Shown here in pieces: positions 11,828-25,849 of a stretch of 64,000 bases of DNA. Origin of the DNA: Octopus sinensis (Eukaryota); the NCBI RefSeq assembly GCF_006345805.1, contig NC_043005.1:91140001-91204000 (forward strand), given 5' to 3'. Every line of letters begins with the position of its first letter. The stretch's first letter is position 1. Made by a program: the position numbers and the translations under genes. Under the pieces are notes generated by a model. That model made no database searches and had not been told where the DNA came from. It saw only the letters and a program-made list of their open reading frames with translations.

Positions 11828-14310
11828 CACATGCACACAGATCAGAAGTAAACAGATACAGTTAATTTTCAAAATTCTGCTCTTAAAGTCTTATGTTTTC
11901 AGCGGTGTAGAATTTACAATGTAATTATTCTTTTTCATTCCAAGTGCCATTATATTAAACATTTGCGAAGAGTAACCATGACACGCACAAAAAATTCAGC
12001 AGAACTGTCAGATCTTCAAAGCGGTCGTATTGTTGGGCAATCTGAGGCTGGTCTTAACCAGCGAAAAATTGCCGAAAATCTTCAAATTCTTCTTGCTACT
12101 GTTAATAGAATTATAGTGCAATTCAAAAGCCAAGGAAAAGAATCAACAGATTCTCATCCCGGCTGACCTAGCCCCTTGCAAAGGAAGCTTTGCTGTTTGA
12201 AGAGAATTGTGGAAAACGATCCCCGTTCGAAGGCTTCTGACATTGCAAAACAGTTAGAAGTTAGTCCAAGAATGTGTGTTACATATCTGCATAAGCTTGG
12301 GTATCATGGACAAGCAGCTAGAAGAAAACCTCTCCTTCAACCAATTAATATCATGAAAAGAAAGAAATGGACTAAGGAGATGTCAGAAAAATCCAGTTCA
12401 TTTTGGGATAGAGTGATTTTCTCAGATGAATCCAGATTTGCATTATTTTCTGACAGTGGACGTGTTTGGGTCTGGAGGCTTCCCAATCAAGAATTTGATT
12501 TGAAACGACTCCAATCAACTGTGAAACATGACGGTATCTCTGTAATGCTATGGGGAGTTGTCACCAGCAATGGTCGTTCTGAGCTGATCGAATGTGTTGG
12601 AATCATAAACTCTGAAAAATACATCGAAATACTTAAGCAAGGACCACTTCCGATGTATTCACACGATAACATAACGGAAAATGAGTTTTTATTCATGGTA
12701 GATGGGGCTCCATGTCACACAGCGAAAAGGAATCAACAATGGCTGACAGAAGATGGGATCAAAAAGCTTCCTTGGCCGAGCCAATCTCCTGACATGAACC
12801 CAATTGAAAATCTTTGGAGCATACTCTTTGGATACATACTTGAATTTTCAGGATACTTTTTGGATACATACTTGACGAAGATTACGAGTGGCGTTCAATA
12901 AGTAATGCCCCTGACCCACTTCCCATAGCAGTAGAGCAACGAAACTTGGCACAGTTATTAGTCTTTTTCTACATATGAACCACCCAGAGTTACGCAATTC
13001 TCCCATCGTTTGATGCGGCCTCTGGAGACCGTTTTGTAGAATAACCCAGCTTGGTCCTCCAACCTCAACGTGACTTCAGAAATCAAGGCTGAATCATCTG
13101 GGAAACGCTTTCCTTTCAAAAACAACTTCATGATTGGGAAGAGGTGAAAATCAGGGGGTGCAAGGTCAGGAAAGTAGGGGGGATGTGGAGGAGTTCATAG
13201 CCGCACGCCTGTGCTTCTGATCTGGCGACAAGCGAGTTGTGGACCGGAGCGTTGTCCTGCAGGAGGAGGATGCCTTTGCTGATCTTGCCCCGCCTCTTGA
13301 TTTTGATAACTTCTCTTAATTTCCTCAAAAGTGAAGCATAATAGGCTCCTGCAATTGTGGTACCCTTTGCCAGGAAATCTGTCATCACTACTCCGTCCTG
13401 GTCCCAGAAGACTGAGCATGACCCTGCCAGCGAAGGGCTGCACCCTTGCCTTCTTTGGAGGGGGTGAGTCACGGTGCTTCCACTGCATTGACTGGGCTTT
13501 GGTCTGTGGATCATCGTGATGGACCCAGGTTTCATCCTGTGTAATCAGTCTTTTGAAAAATTTTGACTCATCTTCTTGGCACATCTCCAAATTCACCCTC
13601 GAGCACTCGACGCGTTCTTGCTTCTGGAAAGGCGTGAGCAACCTGGGAATCCATCTGGCAGACACCTTTTGCATATGCAAATGGTCATGAATGATAGTTT
13701 CCACAGACCCGGTACTAATCTTGACCTCATGGGCTATTTGGCGAATAATTATGCGTCGATCTTCCAAAATGGCAGCCTCAACTTGACGGACAGATGCCTC
13801 ATCAATGGCAGAAGGGGGCGACCACATCTGGGAGCTGTTTCCACAGAGTTCCGACCATGTTTGAATTCACGATGCCAGCGTTTTACAAGGTCATATGATG
13901 GGGCATCATCACCATAAGTTACTTTCATTTCATCAAAAGTCTCCCGTGGTGTGCGTCCTTTCCAATACAAAAACCGGATCACTGCTCGACACTCAACAGG
14001 CTCCATTTCACACTTGACTCGGTTCAAACACCTGTAAATCAGAAACCACAATTGATTCAGAGCTGTAATTTGCCACTTACTCTATAGAGATATAAATGAT
14101 TGCACATGCAAAATTTCAGCTAGATCAAACAACTGCAAGTGGGTCAGAGGCATTACTTATTGAACGTCCCTCGTAGAGCTATACGAAAAAACTCGACAGA
14201 AACCTAAATCTAAAGATGAATTATTTCGATTGTTGCGTGAAAAGTGGGCAGAAATTCCACAAGAGACAATCACAAATTAAAGGTGTCTATTTACTTCCTG
14301 CATGTCTGTG
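11828..14310 (+). mobile_element. Tc1-family transposon (degenerate DD34E transposase), interrupted by a mariner
   Basis: ATG at 11978, in-frame TGA at 12164-12166, motifs IFSDESRF, FMVDGAPCH and WPSQSPDMNPIENLW. The C-terminal piece [26 protein letters not shown] resumes after 14176. Imperfect TIRs (CAC..CAGAAGTAAAYAGAYAC) with TA flanks inside (TA)n tracts. Confidence 0.88.
12885..14173 (-). mobile_element. Full-length mariner (DD34D) element, 1289 bp, frameshifted transposase 12958-14006
   Basis: TA-flanked TIRs CGAGKGRCGTTCAATAAGTAATGCCYCTGACCCACTT. Motifs WIPRLL, ITQDETW, LLQDNAP and PPYFPDLAPPDFHLF are spread across about three frameshifts. Confidence 0.95.
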
Positions 14311-14386
14311 TATATAGGGAGAGAGAGAGAGATACAGACATATATATATATATATATATAGATATATATATATATAGATATATATA

Positions 14387-14425
<39 letters not shown>

Positions 14426-14457
14426 CATATATATGCATACATACATACATACATACA

Positions 14458-14504
<47 letters not shown>

Positions 14505-15424
14505 TCTTTTATTCTTTCACTGGTTTCAGCCAGAATATGAGGCCACGCTGGAGCACCCCCTTTAAAAAATAAACAAGCATAGACACTGCCGAAACCCGAG
14601 AACGAACCATGATACACATGATAATCTATATATGTGTTAAACAAGATTTTTAATAACAGAAACTATGTATATAAAAACATTACAAAGCATCGTTGTGAGT
14701 GAAATAAGACTGTGAATGCATTCTTTCTATACTGCTGGTGCACAGAAAAAAAAGAGGGACAAGTCCTCAAATGAACCGTTCCATAGTTTGTTGATCGCTC
14801 CTCACAGAAGTACATTAAAAAGCAAAAAAATTCCCTGCAATATCTTGCTATAACAAGCTTATCAATTAGAATTTTCTGAAAACTAAAATAAAGTTATTCA
14901 TACAGCGGGATACCACAACCAAACTATGATATTATACTATATCATACCATTAGTGCATGACATCCTCACAACCTCCTCACTATACAATACGTCATACCAT
15001 ACAAAAACCATACGCTACACTGCTACACCACATCACAAACCACGACACTACACCAATATTAATCAATACCATAACACATAACACCATCACCACCACCACA
15101 ACCACCACCATTACTACTACCATACGCGTGCCATCCACAACATTAAACAACCTACCATCACTACTACCACTACACCATATCACCCGCCGCCATGATTCCG
15201 CCAATTAAGACACAATACCGCCCAGCCACATCATAAAACGCCTTCACCGCATCATGTCACCCATCACGATATCATTAAAGAAAATAAGACAAAAGACGAA
15301 ATGACTTTTTTTGTTAAATGGGATATCAGCTAAGTGTTCGATATCCTCAGCTGAACTTCTTCACAGCATATCGGCCACATCAATAATGATTCTCCATAAC
15401 TGAGCCATGCCATTGTTACGTGTG

Positions 15425-15935
<511 letters not shown>

Positions 15936-16795
15936 ACATACATATTTTCCGTATGTTTATTTATGTGCATGTGTAAGGAGAGTGTTTGTCGCTCTTAGTA
16001 ACAAACGCATTCATTCCATCATCAGCCACACAGCCACAACCACCGTCACCATCATCACCACCACAACCAAAGCCACCACCACCACCACCACCACCACCGC
16101 ACTGCCACAATCACCCACCATTGCCCACGACCAACACCGTCATCCACCATAACTAAACTAATTGTCCTCTGTATTAAACGAAAGCTGCCAGATCAAATGT
16201 GACGTGAATGCTCCAACGTTCCATTCGGCCGTCCAGTTTTCCGATATTGTAATTCTGTAATTCTGTAATTCTGTAATTCATGAATACAAATTAAAACTTC
16301 GCTCCACATCATTCCCACGCATACTCTTTCCACCACCTGTCATCTACTAACCACCATCACCATCACCATCACCATCATCTTCGCTATCACTATCACCACT
16401 TTGCTTTCACAATAGTCATTAGTGTGTGTATGTCAACCATTTTGTCTGTCTGTCCGCTCCCTCTCTCTCGTCCTCTATTTCTCTCTCTCACTCATTCTCT
16501 CACCTTTCCTCTCCACCTCTCTGTATTATATCTTTCTTTTCACCTCTCTTTCACCCATTCTCTTCCACACTCATATACTTACATATATAAATAACACATA
16601 TATACACATAGATACATACACATGCATAGATGTGTGTGCGTATGTGTGTGTGTGTGGTGTGTGTGTGCATGTACTCGTTCTCTCGGCTTTTCCATTTCAC
16701 TTCATGCCACACACATGTACACACACAAACACACACACACACACAAGTACCCACAAATCCATTTTATTCCCTATATCCTTGTTATAGTATTAATA

Positions 16796-16935
<140 letters not shown>

Positions 16936-16998
16936 ATGTATGTATATATATATATATACATACATGTATGTATGTATGCATGTATGCATATATATATA

Positions 16999-17613
16999 TG
17001 CGTGGGTACTCAAAATAAACCGGAATTTTGCAATATTCCCTTAGTTTTACATGTTTACACTTTTATCGCCTTTCAAGTATTCTCCATTTGAAGCAGAGCA
17101 TCGGTCCAGACACGTTTTTTTGGCTTTCCGAAGCTGGAACTCATGCAGAGTGATTCCTTTTAACGCTTCCATCGTGTTTTTTTCTTCACCTCTTCCACAT
17201 CTGAAAATTTCGTCACCAGTGATGATCTTCGAAAGAAGGTCCGGATCAGTTTCCAACTGTTCATTTAGTTCACGACACGCATTCAGTTGTGACTGCTTTT
17301 GATCTTCTAAAAGCGTGTAAACCACTCGTAATCTTGTGTTTTGCCCATGGCATGACAGCTGTTTCCCCAGCAGAGAATATAATTTCACGGAAGTTCGCTG
17401 TTCCCTCGTTTCAGCCATCGCAAAAATCGACGAACAGAGGAAAAGCACTGCGAAACAAAGGCGCACCACGTGGAAGTACGACCCCGGAAAACGATGCCGG
17501 TCGGCAGACTGATACGTGAGGGCAGCATGAAGTGGTCTGTAGCGGCCGAAGCCTGAACTACAATGGGTTTGTCCCACAAATAACGTTTCCGGTTACTTTT
17601 GGGTACGCCCTTG
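16999..17613 (-). mobile_element. Internally deleted mariner derivative (615 bp)
   Basis: TIRs CAAGGGCGTACCCAAAAGTAACCGGAA and TGCGTGGGTACTCAAAATAAACCGGAA with TA flanks. The peptide joins the N-terminus (MAETREQR), the IITGDE region and the C-terminal LDRC..SNGEY..GD; the second and third catalytic Asp regions are missing. Confidence 0.85.
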
Positions 17614-18542
17614 TAAAGCTTCCCGTTATATATATATATATATATATATACATACATATTAAGGATTAAACAAAAAGACAACAAACGGAAAATATGACCT
17701 ACTTATATATATAATTTTAAAAAGCGTGTAGTAAATAAGCAAACGAACATAAACTAAATACACAGGCGTACAGAAAACATAGAAGGTCACCAATTCTTCA
17801 TCAGTTATCGGCCAGAGGAGTGAAACGCAATTTCAGCCATTATCGATAATATTGCTTCCACTCTGGCGGCACCGACAAGAAACTTGCCAGGAATGGGACA
17901 TATATATATCTTAACCTCTTTTTCATAACTCACCACTACCACCGCCGCTATCGCCCACACTGACACCAAAATCTACTACTGCCACTATGTCAACACCGAT
18001 ACCAAAATCACTCAAAAGTAAGACAAATGCCGAATGAGGTCAGTACCACAAGCAACACCAGAAGCCACCATTGTCTTCCTGTGCCAACAGCAAGCAACAC
18101 GTATAAGTTATCATCAATACAAACAGTTGCCTACCAACACCCAACATCACCGGAATCATTGCCAGAAAGCAGTATTACTTGCGTCACCCTTCCAGCAAGG
18201 AACACAATCGGAAATAAATCGATTGTTTTGCTCCTTCGCATTGATGCGCATGTGCGCCAGCCTATCGGACACACTTATAGATCACCTGAACAATGTTGCC
18301 GAACATCTTTCAAATCCCATACCACACATCTTTCAAGTCTGAGAGGAAAAAAAATAACGAATTGAGTAATATAATCTAAGTACTAAATTCATGCAATACC
18401 ATTTGGTGAACTGCTATGTTATGAGATTTGAAGTGGTTACAGAATGAAACAAGGCTGGCCTTTAAGGCAGGTGTAGACGTGTACAGAGACACATTTTTAC
18501 ACGTCATACTCGCACATAAACAGGTAAAGAAATACACAGACA

Positions 18543-18574
<32 letters not shown>

Positions 18575-18648
18575 TACACACAGACAGACTGACAGGCGGC
18601 CAGACAGACATAGAGACAGACAGACAGACAGATAGACAGACAGACAGT

Positions 18649-18753
<105 letters not shown>

Positions 18754-19267
18754 GTTTGAATATATTGGAATAAAGTCTCATCTGAATGCTTGCCAATTGA
18801 CACTGAGATAGAAATTAGAAACTGACATACATTAGCGCTTTTAGTTTCCCGGAATCTCAAATTTTCTTGTTTTTGGGTTTTTTTTTACTTTAAAGATAAA
18901 CAAAAGTACAAGGATATTCAAAGATAAAACTTCAGTTCGGAACTGACCTTCGTATGCCATATTTTTATTGAAATTAAGTTGACCTTAAAAATGACATTTA
19001 CTTAGCTAAAAGCAAAATAACTCTCACTTTTCTTTATCGCAGTAATATTTCTGGGTTTTTTTTTTATCCCATTTTGTGAATCATAGCGTCGTTGGCCACA
19101 AGTCTGTAAACACTGATTCATAACATTTACCAAGGCGAGACTAACGAGGGATTATCTATGCAACTCGGGAAGAACAAATACCACAAGATGCTTTTGTTCG
19201 AAAACATCCGTTTATTGTTTTTCTGACATTCACACCTTTTGACGACGTACTTTCTGAAAGATAAGCG

Positions 19268-19324
<57 letters not shown>

Positions 19325-19613
19325 ACGCACACGCACGCATACACACACACACACACACAAACACACGGACGCACGCACACGCATACACACATACACATAC
19401 ACGCCCGCCTGCACGCACACACACGCACCCACGCACGCACGCGCACACAAGTGACAGGCTTCTACACAATTTTCCAAATATCCAATACTACAGAAAAGAT
19501 TAAGATGCCGCAAATTAGGACCAAATCTGGGCTCATGTAATTGCGAACTGAAACTCTTTTACGTTGTTTGTAGTTCCAATGTCATAATTGGTTTATTATG
19601 GGTACAATATAAA

Positions 19614-20006
19614 TCTCTCTGTATATATAAAGCTGAAGTTGTCTGTGTATGGCAGGTTTGGTAGCCTTCAACTAACAGTGTCTCCTCCTAGACCCTGCGG
19701 CACAATTGACCAAAACTGAGAGTATGATAGAAGAAGGCTTGCTCTTCCTTCCGTAGAAGAAAAAATTCAAATCGGACCATGTTAACACCAAAAATTATTT
19801 ACATTAAAAAGGTGCTTTTTTTCTATGAAAATCCCTATTTTTTACGATTTTTTGACTGCTGTATCGCCATTTTTCGGTGTATTTCAGCCAGAAAAATGTT
19901 CACTTAAAGAGAATAACAAGCTACATAATGCAAAACTTTTACTTTTCAAAAATTGCAATTCTAAAGGGTCGAAACAAACCTGAGCAACGCCGGGCGATAC
20001 TGTTAG
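19614..20006 (+). mobile_element. Non-autonomous Helitron-like element, copy 1
   Basis: A|TC start (TCTCTCTGTATATATAAAG), a subterminal hairpin-like GAGCAACGCCGGG and a TTAG|T end (CTAG-like). A near-identical copy lies at 47998-48388. Confidence 0.7.
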
Positions 20007-20179
20007 TTTAATATAAATGTAATGTATGTATTATACATATTGTGGCGACTTAGTCGAAGCCTTTTAGAGCAGGAGAGACATACCAACAGCAGTGGGAAAC
20101 AATTTCAGTCAAGTTAGTAAGGGTTGGAGAAAAGGCTACAGTAAAAAATAACAGTTTACTGCAAGAGGCCCAATTATGG

Positions 20180-20470
20180 GATATGAAGGAAGATCTGGGG
20201 CAAAAGCAAAGAAGATAGTCTAGATTAATTCTACAGTCCAGCTGTAATTCTACAGTCCAACTACCAGAACTTTTTGCGGAATATCAAAGGAAAAGAATGG
20301 CAGGCGTGATTAATCCAAGTCGAGGTTGGTTGTAGAGGATTCCTTGCTTAGTATGGAGAATGCATATAGTTATTTGAATAAGAGGAAGAGAGAGGAAGGC
20401 ATATGTGCACAGGATGGGAGAGACAGCAGAAAGAACCTCTTACAGATTACGGAGCAAGAGAACGGAGATA
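20180..20470 (+). pseudogene. Hero/R2-like restriction-endonuclease domain relic
   Basis: W...IQVEVGCRGF and RKAYVHRMGETAERTS resemble the PVEVGCRGF...EAAEKAS motif of Hero-clade elements; heavily degenerate. Confidence 0.5.
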
Positions 20471-20880
20471 AGCAGGAAATCAAGAAAAGATGATGAGCAG
20501 AGATTTGTCCACCCCTACCGATCTACCATTGGAAACGTGTTATGATCGTTGGACTGACACCATTTGATGAGATCAATTCCTTCTGGTCAAAGTTTCATTC
20601 CCCAACGATGAATGAAGGAAAGGCATCTTCTTTTTGATGTACTTAGCCCCTATTTGGTGCAAAGGTGACGAAAAATACAACACAAAGGCAAGTTAAAAAT
20701 AAACCTAGATTTTGGTATTTTTTTGATGCCCAGGAAATGGAGAAAAAGGAGTCTTTTACATTTCGAGTACACACTCTCCTTTTGAAAGATAGGATAGAGA
20801 TGAAGAAAAATGAACGAAGAAGGAAAACTGGAGAAATAGAAGTACACGTATATCCAACCGTCATGGCATATGTATGTATG

Positions 20881-20912
<32 letters not shown>

Positions 20913-20960
20913 TGTATGTATGACTAGCTAAGCTAGTTAGCTAGACATACAGACAGATAT

Positions 20961-20993
<33 letters not shown>

Positions 20994-21046
20994 ACTTAGA
21001 TATGTTTCGGCCAAAGATTGGGCCTGGCCATGTCTAACTTAGTAGC

Positions 21047-21280
21047 TATTTCTTTACTACCCACAAGGGGCTAAACACAGAGAGGACAAACAAGGACAGA
21101 CAAACGGATTAAGTCGATTATATCGACCCCAGTGCGTAACTGGTACTTATTTAATCGACCCCGAAAGGATGAAAGGCAAAGTCGACCTCGGCGGAATTTG
21201 AACTCAGAACGTAATGGCAGACGAAATACTCCTAAGCATCTCGCCCGGCGTGCTAACGTTTCTGCCAGCTCGCCGCCTTA
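21047..21280 (-). mobile_element. Full-length SINE family A with perfect 15-bp TSD
   Basis: TSD GTCTAACTTAGTAGC at 21032-21046 and 21281-21295. Head GGCGGCGAGCTGGCAGAAACGTTAG (A box), GAGTTCAAATTCC (B box); tail GGGTAGTAAAGAAATA. Confidence 0.95.
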
Positions 21281-21339
21281 GTCTAACTTAGTAGCATCAA
21301 CTGAGAGGACCTTTTAAATCATTTTTAAGTCAAGTTTCG

Positions 21340-22330
21340 TGGTATCATGGCCCATTCAAGAGTTGTTACTCACTGAGATGTATCCAAATATAGATGGTTT
21401 ATCTGGTATCCTTGAAGAAATGTATCCAGGTTTTGTTTGAAAGTGATGGAATCTTTCTTTTTTTATTTATTTTGGGATAATGTTAAATGGCCTATTGAGG
21501 AAAAGAAATTGTCTTGCTGTGAATTTATGTGTTGTGAGCCTGAAGTGTATAGGGATTTTATGAAACATTGGCTCCAGCTTTAAACGAAGTCTGAATCTAA
21601 TGTTAAGGTCGTTTGGGCAAAGCTGGTGGTATATTCTCTACATTGTGCAAATGATGTAGTGCTCACGGCGGTCCTGGAGAGAATAAAGATTCAATGTTTC
21701 AAAGCGGTCCCAATAACCAAGATCATTAATGCACTTAATTTTTTTAATGAATGCTCTCTGGGGTGACTCGATTCTCGCAATGTTTTGCTTGGTGGAGGAA
21801 GACCACAGGAAGCAGTAGTATTCTGGGTGTGGCCCTACAAAGGAGGAGAAGAGAGGAGTGATGATATCTTGCTCTCTGGACCAGAAAGTTCTGAGACTCC
21901 AAGAGCGCATCGTACCTGCCATATCGACTTTATTGTGGATGTGGGCACTCCAGCTGAGATTGTTTTCAACACTCACTCCTAAGTCCCTCATATGCTGTGA
22001 GTAGTTCCCTTAAAGGAAGGGTACATGGCTGTGTGGGCGCAGTCTTTTTTTTTCAAAATGCATCCGTTTAAATTTCCCCTGGTTTAACTTCATTCTGTTT
22101 TCGTCCGCCCTTTGGCATCCAGCACATGGATCAGACTGAAGTTCAGTTCGGTCTTCTCCTTTGATAGATTTTCTGGAACTTGGAGTCATCTGCAAATACA
22201 ACAACGCATTTACAACATGCAACTGCGCAGTTTCCAACAACTTATACATCGACCGTAAACGTTCCATTCCAAATAAACATTGTCTTCAGAAGTTTTATTT
22301 AGGTATAAATCGAAAGATTACTGAAGCATT
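21340..22330 (-). pseudogene. CR1-clade LINE 3' fragment (RT C-terminus)
   Basis: VFADDSK (22180s), RDLGV.V.NNLSWSAHI, ARIESPQRAF.K.I, LNLYSLQDRR, and the terminal IPD.P..GY region. Confidence 0.85.
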
Positions 22331-23636
22331 GACATTAATCCCCTGGAATTACTGTGATTTTAGTATTGTTTCGTTCAAGGTATATTTTCATACTGTTTAT
22401 GATGCATCTTGAACATGTCTCAAACAAACAAGCTTTTTTTTTCCTTTCTCTTTTAAGCCGTAGGCGCATATTCCACACATTTTCAATTTATTTGTACACT
22501 TCAGCCTCGTTTTTTTTTTTCTTTTCATCAAAAAATAAATATTGGCTTTAATTTGTGGCTGTTGTTGTTCTTATTTTTGTTGCTGTATTTTTATTTTCGT
22601 TGTTGTGGCTGTTTAGCCTCAAGTCAACTCTGATCGAAATGTATTCCAGCCATGACTCTCTCTTGTCATCTTAAAGCTGTATCCGGGACCATTTTATCTA
22701 GTATAGGGTTTATTTACCTCTTGGTGTACATCAAATTGTACAACAGCGTCATTGATAATAACAATTATAAGACAAGCGATGAGCACAATTTGTTACCACA
22801 GCAAATTCCCTCTCGTTGTTGCTAACATTACAAGCTCATTCACATCCAGATATCTTAGATCCATTTGAAACACTCTACCATATCCAGGACACTAGATAAA
22901 TATCATCCTAAAAACACTACCACTAAAGCAGTCGGTTGTGAGAATCTTCGGAGTTTTCGGGCAAATACTTTGCGGTATTTGTTCTGATTATTTTCATTTT
23001 GAGTTCGAATTCAACTGTAGTCAACTTTGATTCCGGGCTCATAAAATAAAATACCATTCAAAAAACGGAATCGGTTCCTTTCTCCTTCTCTTTCTCTCTT
23101 CCCCTCTGTATTTCTTTATTTCACTCTCTCAGAACTGGCTAATGTCTACCTGCTAACCTCATTCAAATGAGGATGCCACTTGCTCCCAAGAACTGGTAAA
23201 ATAAGGTTGAGCTTCGTATATGCAACTTTATCTCATAAAAATTAATTTACTACAAAAACGTCCCTAAAGAAAAAAAAAAGAAATCATTTGTAGCTCAGAA
23301 TTATACATAGGTGTGGACGGACCGATATGAAGCTCAGTGCGAGTTGGATTAAGAAGTAGGGATTAACACTGAACCAAGCTGTCCATTTATACATCCTTCT
23401 CCGCCGCCCACTATTCCTGGACAGGTCGTGAAAACAGAGTCCTCAACACATCTCACCCACAGAGTCTAATGAGAAGCAAGCGTCATTACACTTTCCTGCT
23501 GGATTCCCAAGCCCGACCAACTGAGACTATGGATATTATCAAACCCTCTCGCTCTGTGCCTACCCCTAGATCTCTTGTCGGTTGTCCAGGCTTGAAGAAT
23601 CTGTTCTGCGACATTCTAACCATCTATCCATAATAC

Positions 23637-23870
23637 ATATTTCTTTACTACCCACAAGGGGCTAAACACAGAGGGGACAAACAAGGACAGACAAACGGAT
23701 TAAGTCGATTATATCGACCCCAGTGCGTAACTGGTACTTATTTAATCGACCTCGAAAGGATGAAAAGCAAAGTCGACCTCGGCGGAATTTGAACTCAGAA
23801 CGTAGCGGCAGACGAATACTGCAAAGCACTTCGCCCGACGTGCTAACGTTTCTGTCAGCTCGCCGCCTTA
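23637..23870 (-). mobile_element. Full-length SINE family A with perfect 14-bp TSD
   Basis: TSD TCTATCCATAATAC at 23623-23636 and 23871-23884. Confidence 0.95.
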
Positions 23871-24369
23871 TCTATCCATAATACCGGCGCTGGAACTTCT
23901 CAATGCGGAGAAGTATCGACTCAACCAGGAAAGACCTGATCTCCGAGCTGCGCACCAAGAAAAACATTTTTAAAAAAACACAAAAACACCTCAAAAAATA
24001 CAAACTGCATTAATAATATCATTTACTCCCTGACATTTTGATGGAATGTTCGCCGATGACAAAAGCAGAATAACAACTATTGCCCTCCAGTTACCTTACC
24101 TGTTCCGCTGCTGAGAAAAAAGGGGAAAAAAACAAACAGAATAACGAAGGAAATACATCGACTGCCTGGACTACGAAATAGGATAAATTACTGCGTGTCT
24201 GGATGTACAGTATATTCCACATGTAATATTAGTTTCTCGGCCATTTGGGTGTCGAATAAAATACAAGTCAAGTACTAAGGTTCAGTTCTCCACCTTTACC
24301 TCCCCTCCATCTTTCTCTATCTTTCTCCCCCACCCTATTTCTTCCTCTCTGTCTCTGTTGCTGTCTCAC

Positions 24370-24420
<51 letters not shown>

Positions 24421-25849
24421 CTCTCTCCCTGTCTCTCCCTGTCTTTTTCTCTCACTAAAATACAGTGTATCAATATAAGTGGATCGAACCCAATTCCAGC
24501 TTCACAATCATGGCTGCTCTTAGACGAACCAGTTATAACTGCAGCAACATTACCAACAAAAATAACAACAAACAAACAATAACAACCATAACAACAAACA
24601 AGCAAAAGAAAACAATAGCAACAGAAACAAAACAAGCATCGATTTCTTAACGGACACAACGTGTTTAGAGCGAGCGAGGTAGAGTGATTCTGTTCTCCAT
24701 AGAGACAAGTTGTAAAGTTGACCTCGCGAGTAGCATAAAGAAGCTAACATACACCATTACATTTTCCGATAGATGAACGTCAATCGTTTGAAAAATTCCC
24801 TCACAGTTATGTAATTTGGGAGTCGTTGGATCACCATTTTGTTGTTCAATGTTCAGTCGTTGGGTTGTTGGGCAACTCCTGATATTTGAGGATTTTGTCT
24901 TTATGTAGCATTTGTTGCTAAATCACTCTGAGATTACTTAGAAATTAGGATCAACGCCGAATATGTCTGGATTCATTCGGTCAAGTTACAGCCACTCACA
25001 GATTTCACCTGAGTATTGGGTATCGAGAACCAGTTGTTCATGATGTTGTTGCTAATGTTGTTTAGCTCCACTCGTTCCCCTCGCGAGTGGGGAGAGGACC
25101 TAACAACGTCGCTGTATGGATCAGGGAGGAATTTCAACCGTGTTTCGTGGTCTGCTACCCCAACAGCTCCTTTATAGGATCCAGTTAGCTCAAGACATCA
25201 TCAGGAGGAACCACGTCCGGTTTCGGCCCCTACTCCTCTACCGTTTTGACGTGGCGGGCCCCCTCCCTTTTGGAGGTGTCTTCAGCTCTGGTGTTGGGTG
25301 CATGTCTTCTTTCTTCTGTTCCCTGACCTCTTCAATGTAGCGTCAACGAGTGTCAGCGGGCGACTGACTGTCTTGTCAAATTTTTCCTTTAAATACCTGC
25401 TGCTAGACTCCAGCAGGCAGCCCCAGCAAGTTGTCACGTGACGCTGTCTCAACTTTAACTGACCAATGAATCATCTCTATTCACCAGACTGGTGGATGTT
25501 GTTATACACTGAACTCTATCTTTAATCTCCTGCTTGTTTCAGTCATCACACTTCGGCTATGCTTGGGCATCTCCTTGAAAAATTTTAGTCGAACGAATTG
25601 ACCCCCAGTATTTATAGATATATATTTTTTCAACCTCGTACTTATTCTATCGGTTTCTTTTGCCGAATCGTTAAGTTACGAAGATGTAAACATGCCAACA
25701 CCGGTTGTGAAGCGGTGGTAGGGGACAAACACAGACAGAAACACACATACGTAGATAGACAGGCAGGCAGGCAGGTAGGCAGACAGACAGTAAAATATTC
25801 TCCCTCTTCAAGAAGTTATACGCTTCATCTGCTATGAGGCCAGATGATA

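Noticed and set aside
19131-19255. Minus-strand segment with good AG/GT signals (cttatctttcag...ttg|gtaaat)
   Set aside because: The phase-0 frame needed to fit between TPH exons contains a stop and the peptide has no TPH similarity; at most a cryptic exon.
21001-21040. Minus-strand TTAGA-CATG-GCCA...TGGCC-GAAAC-ATA-TCTAA hammerhead-like layout
   Set aside because: The catalytic core is largely deleted and cannot be supported.
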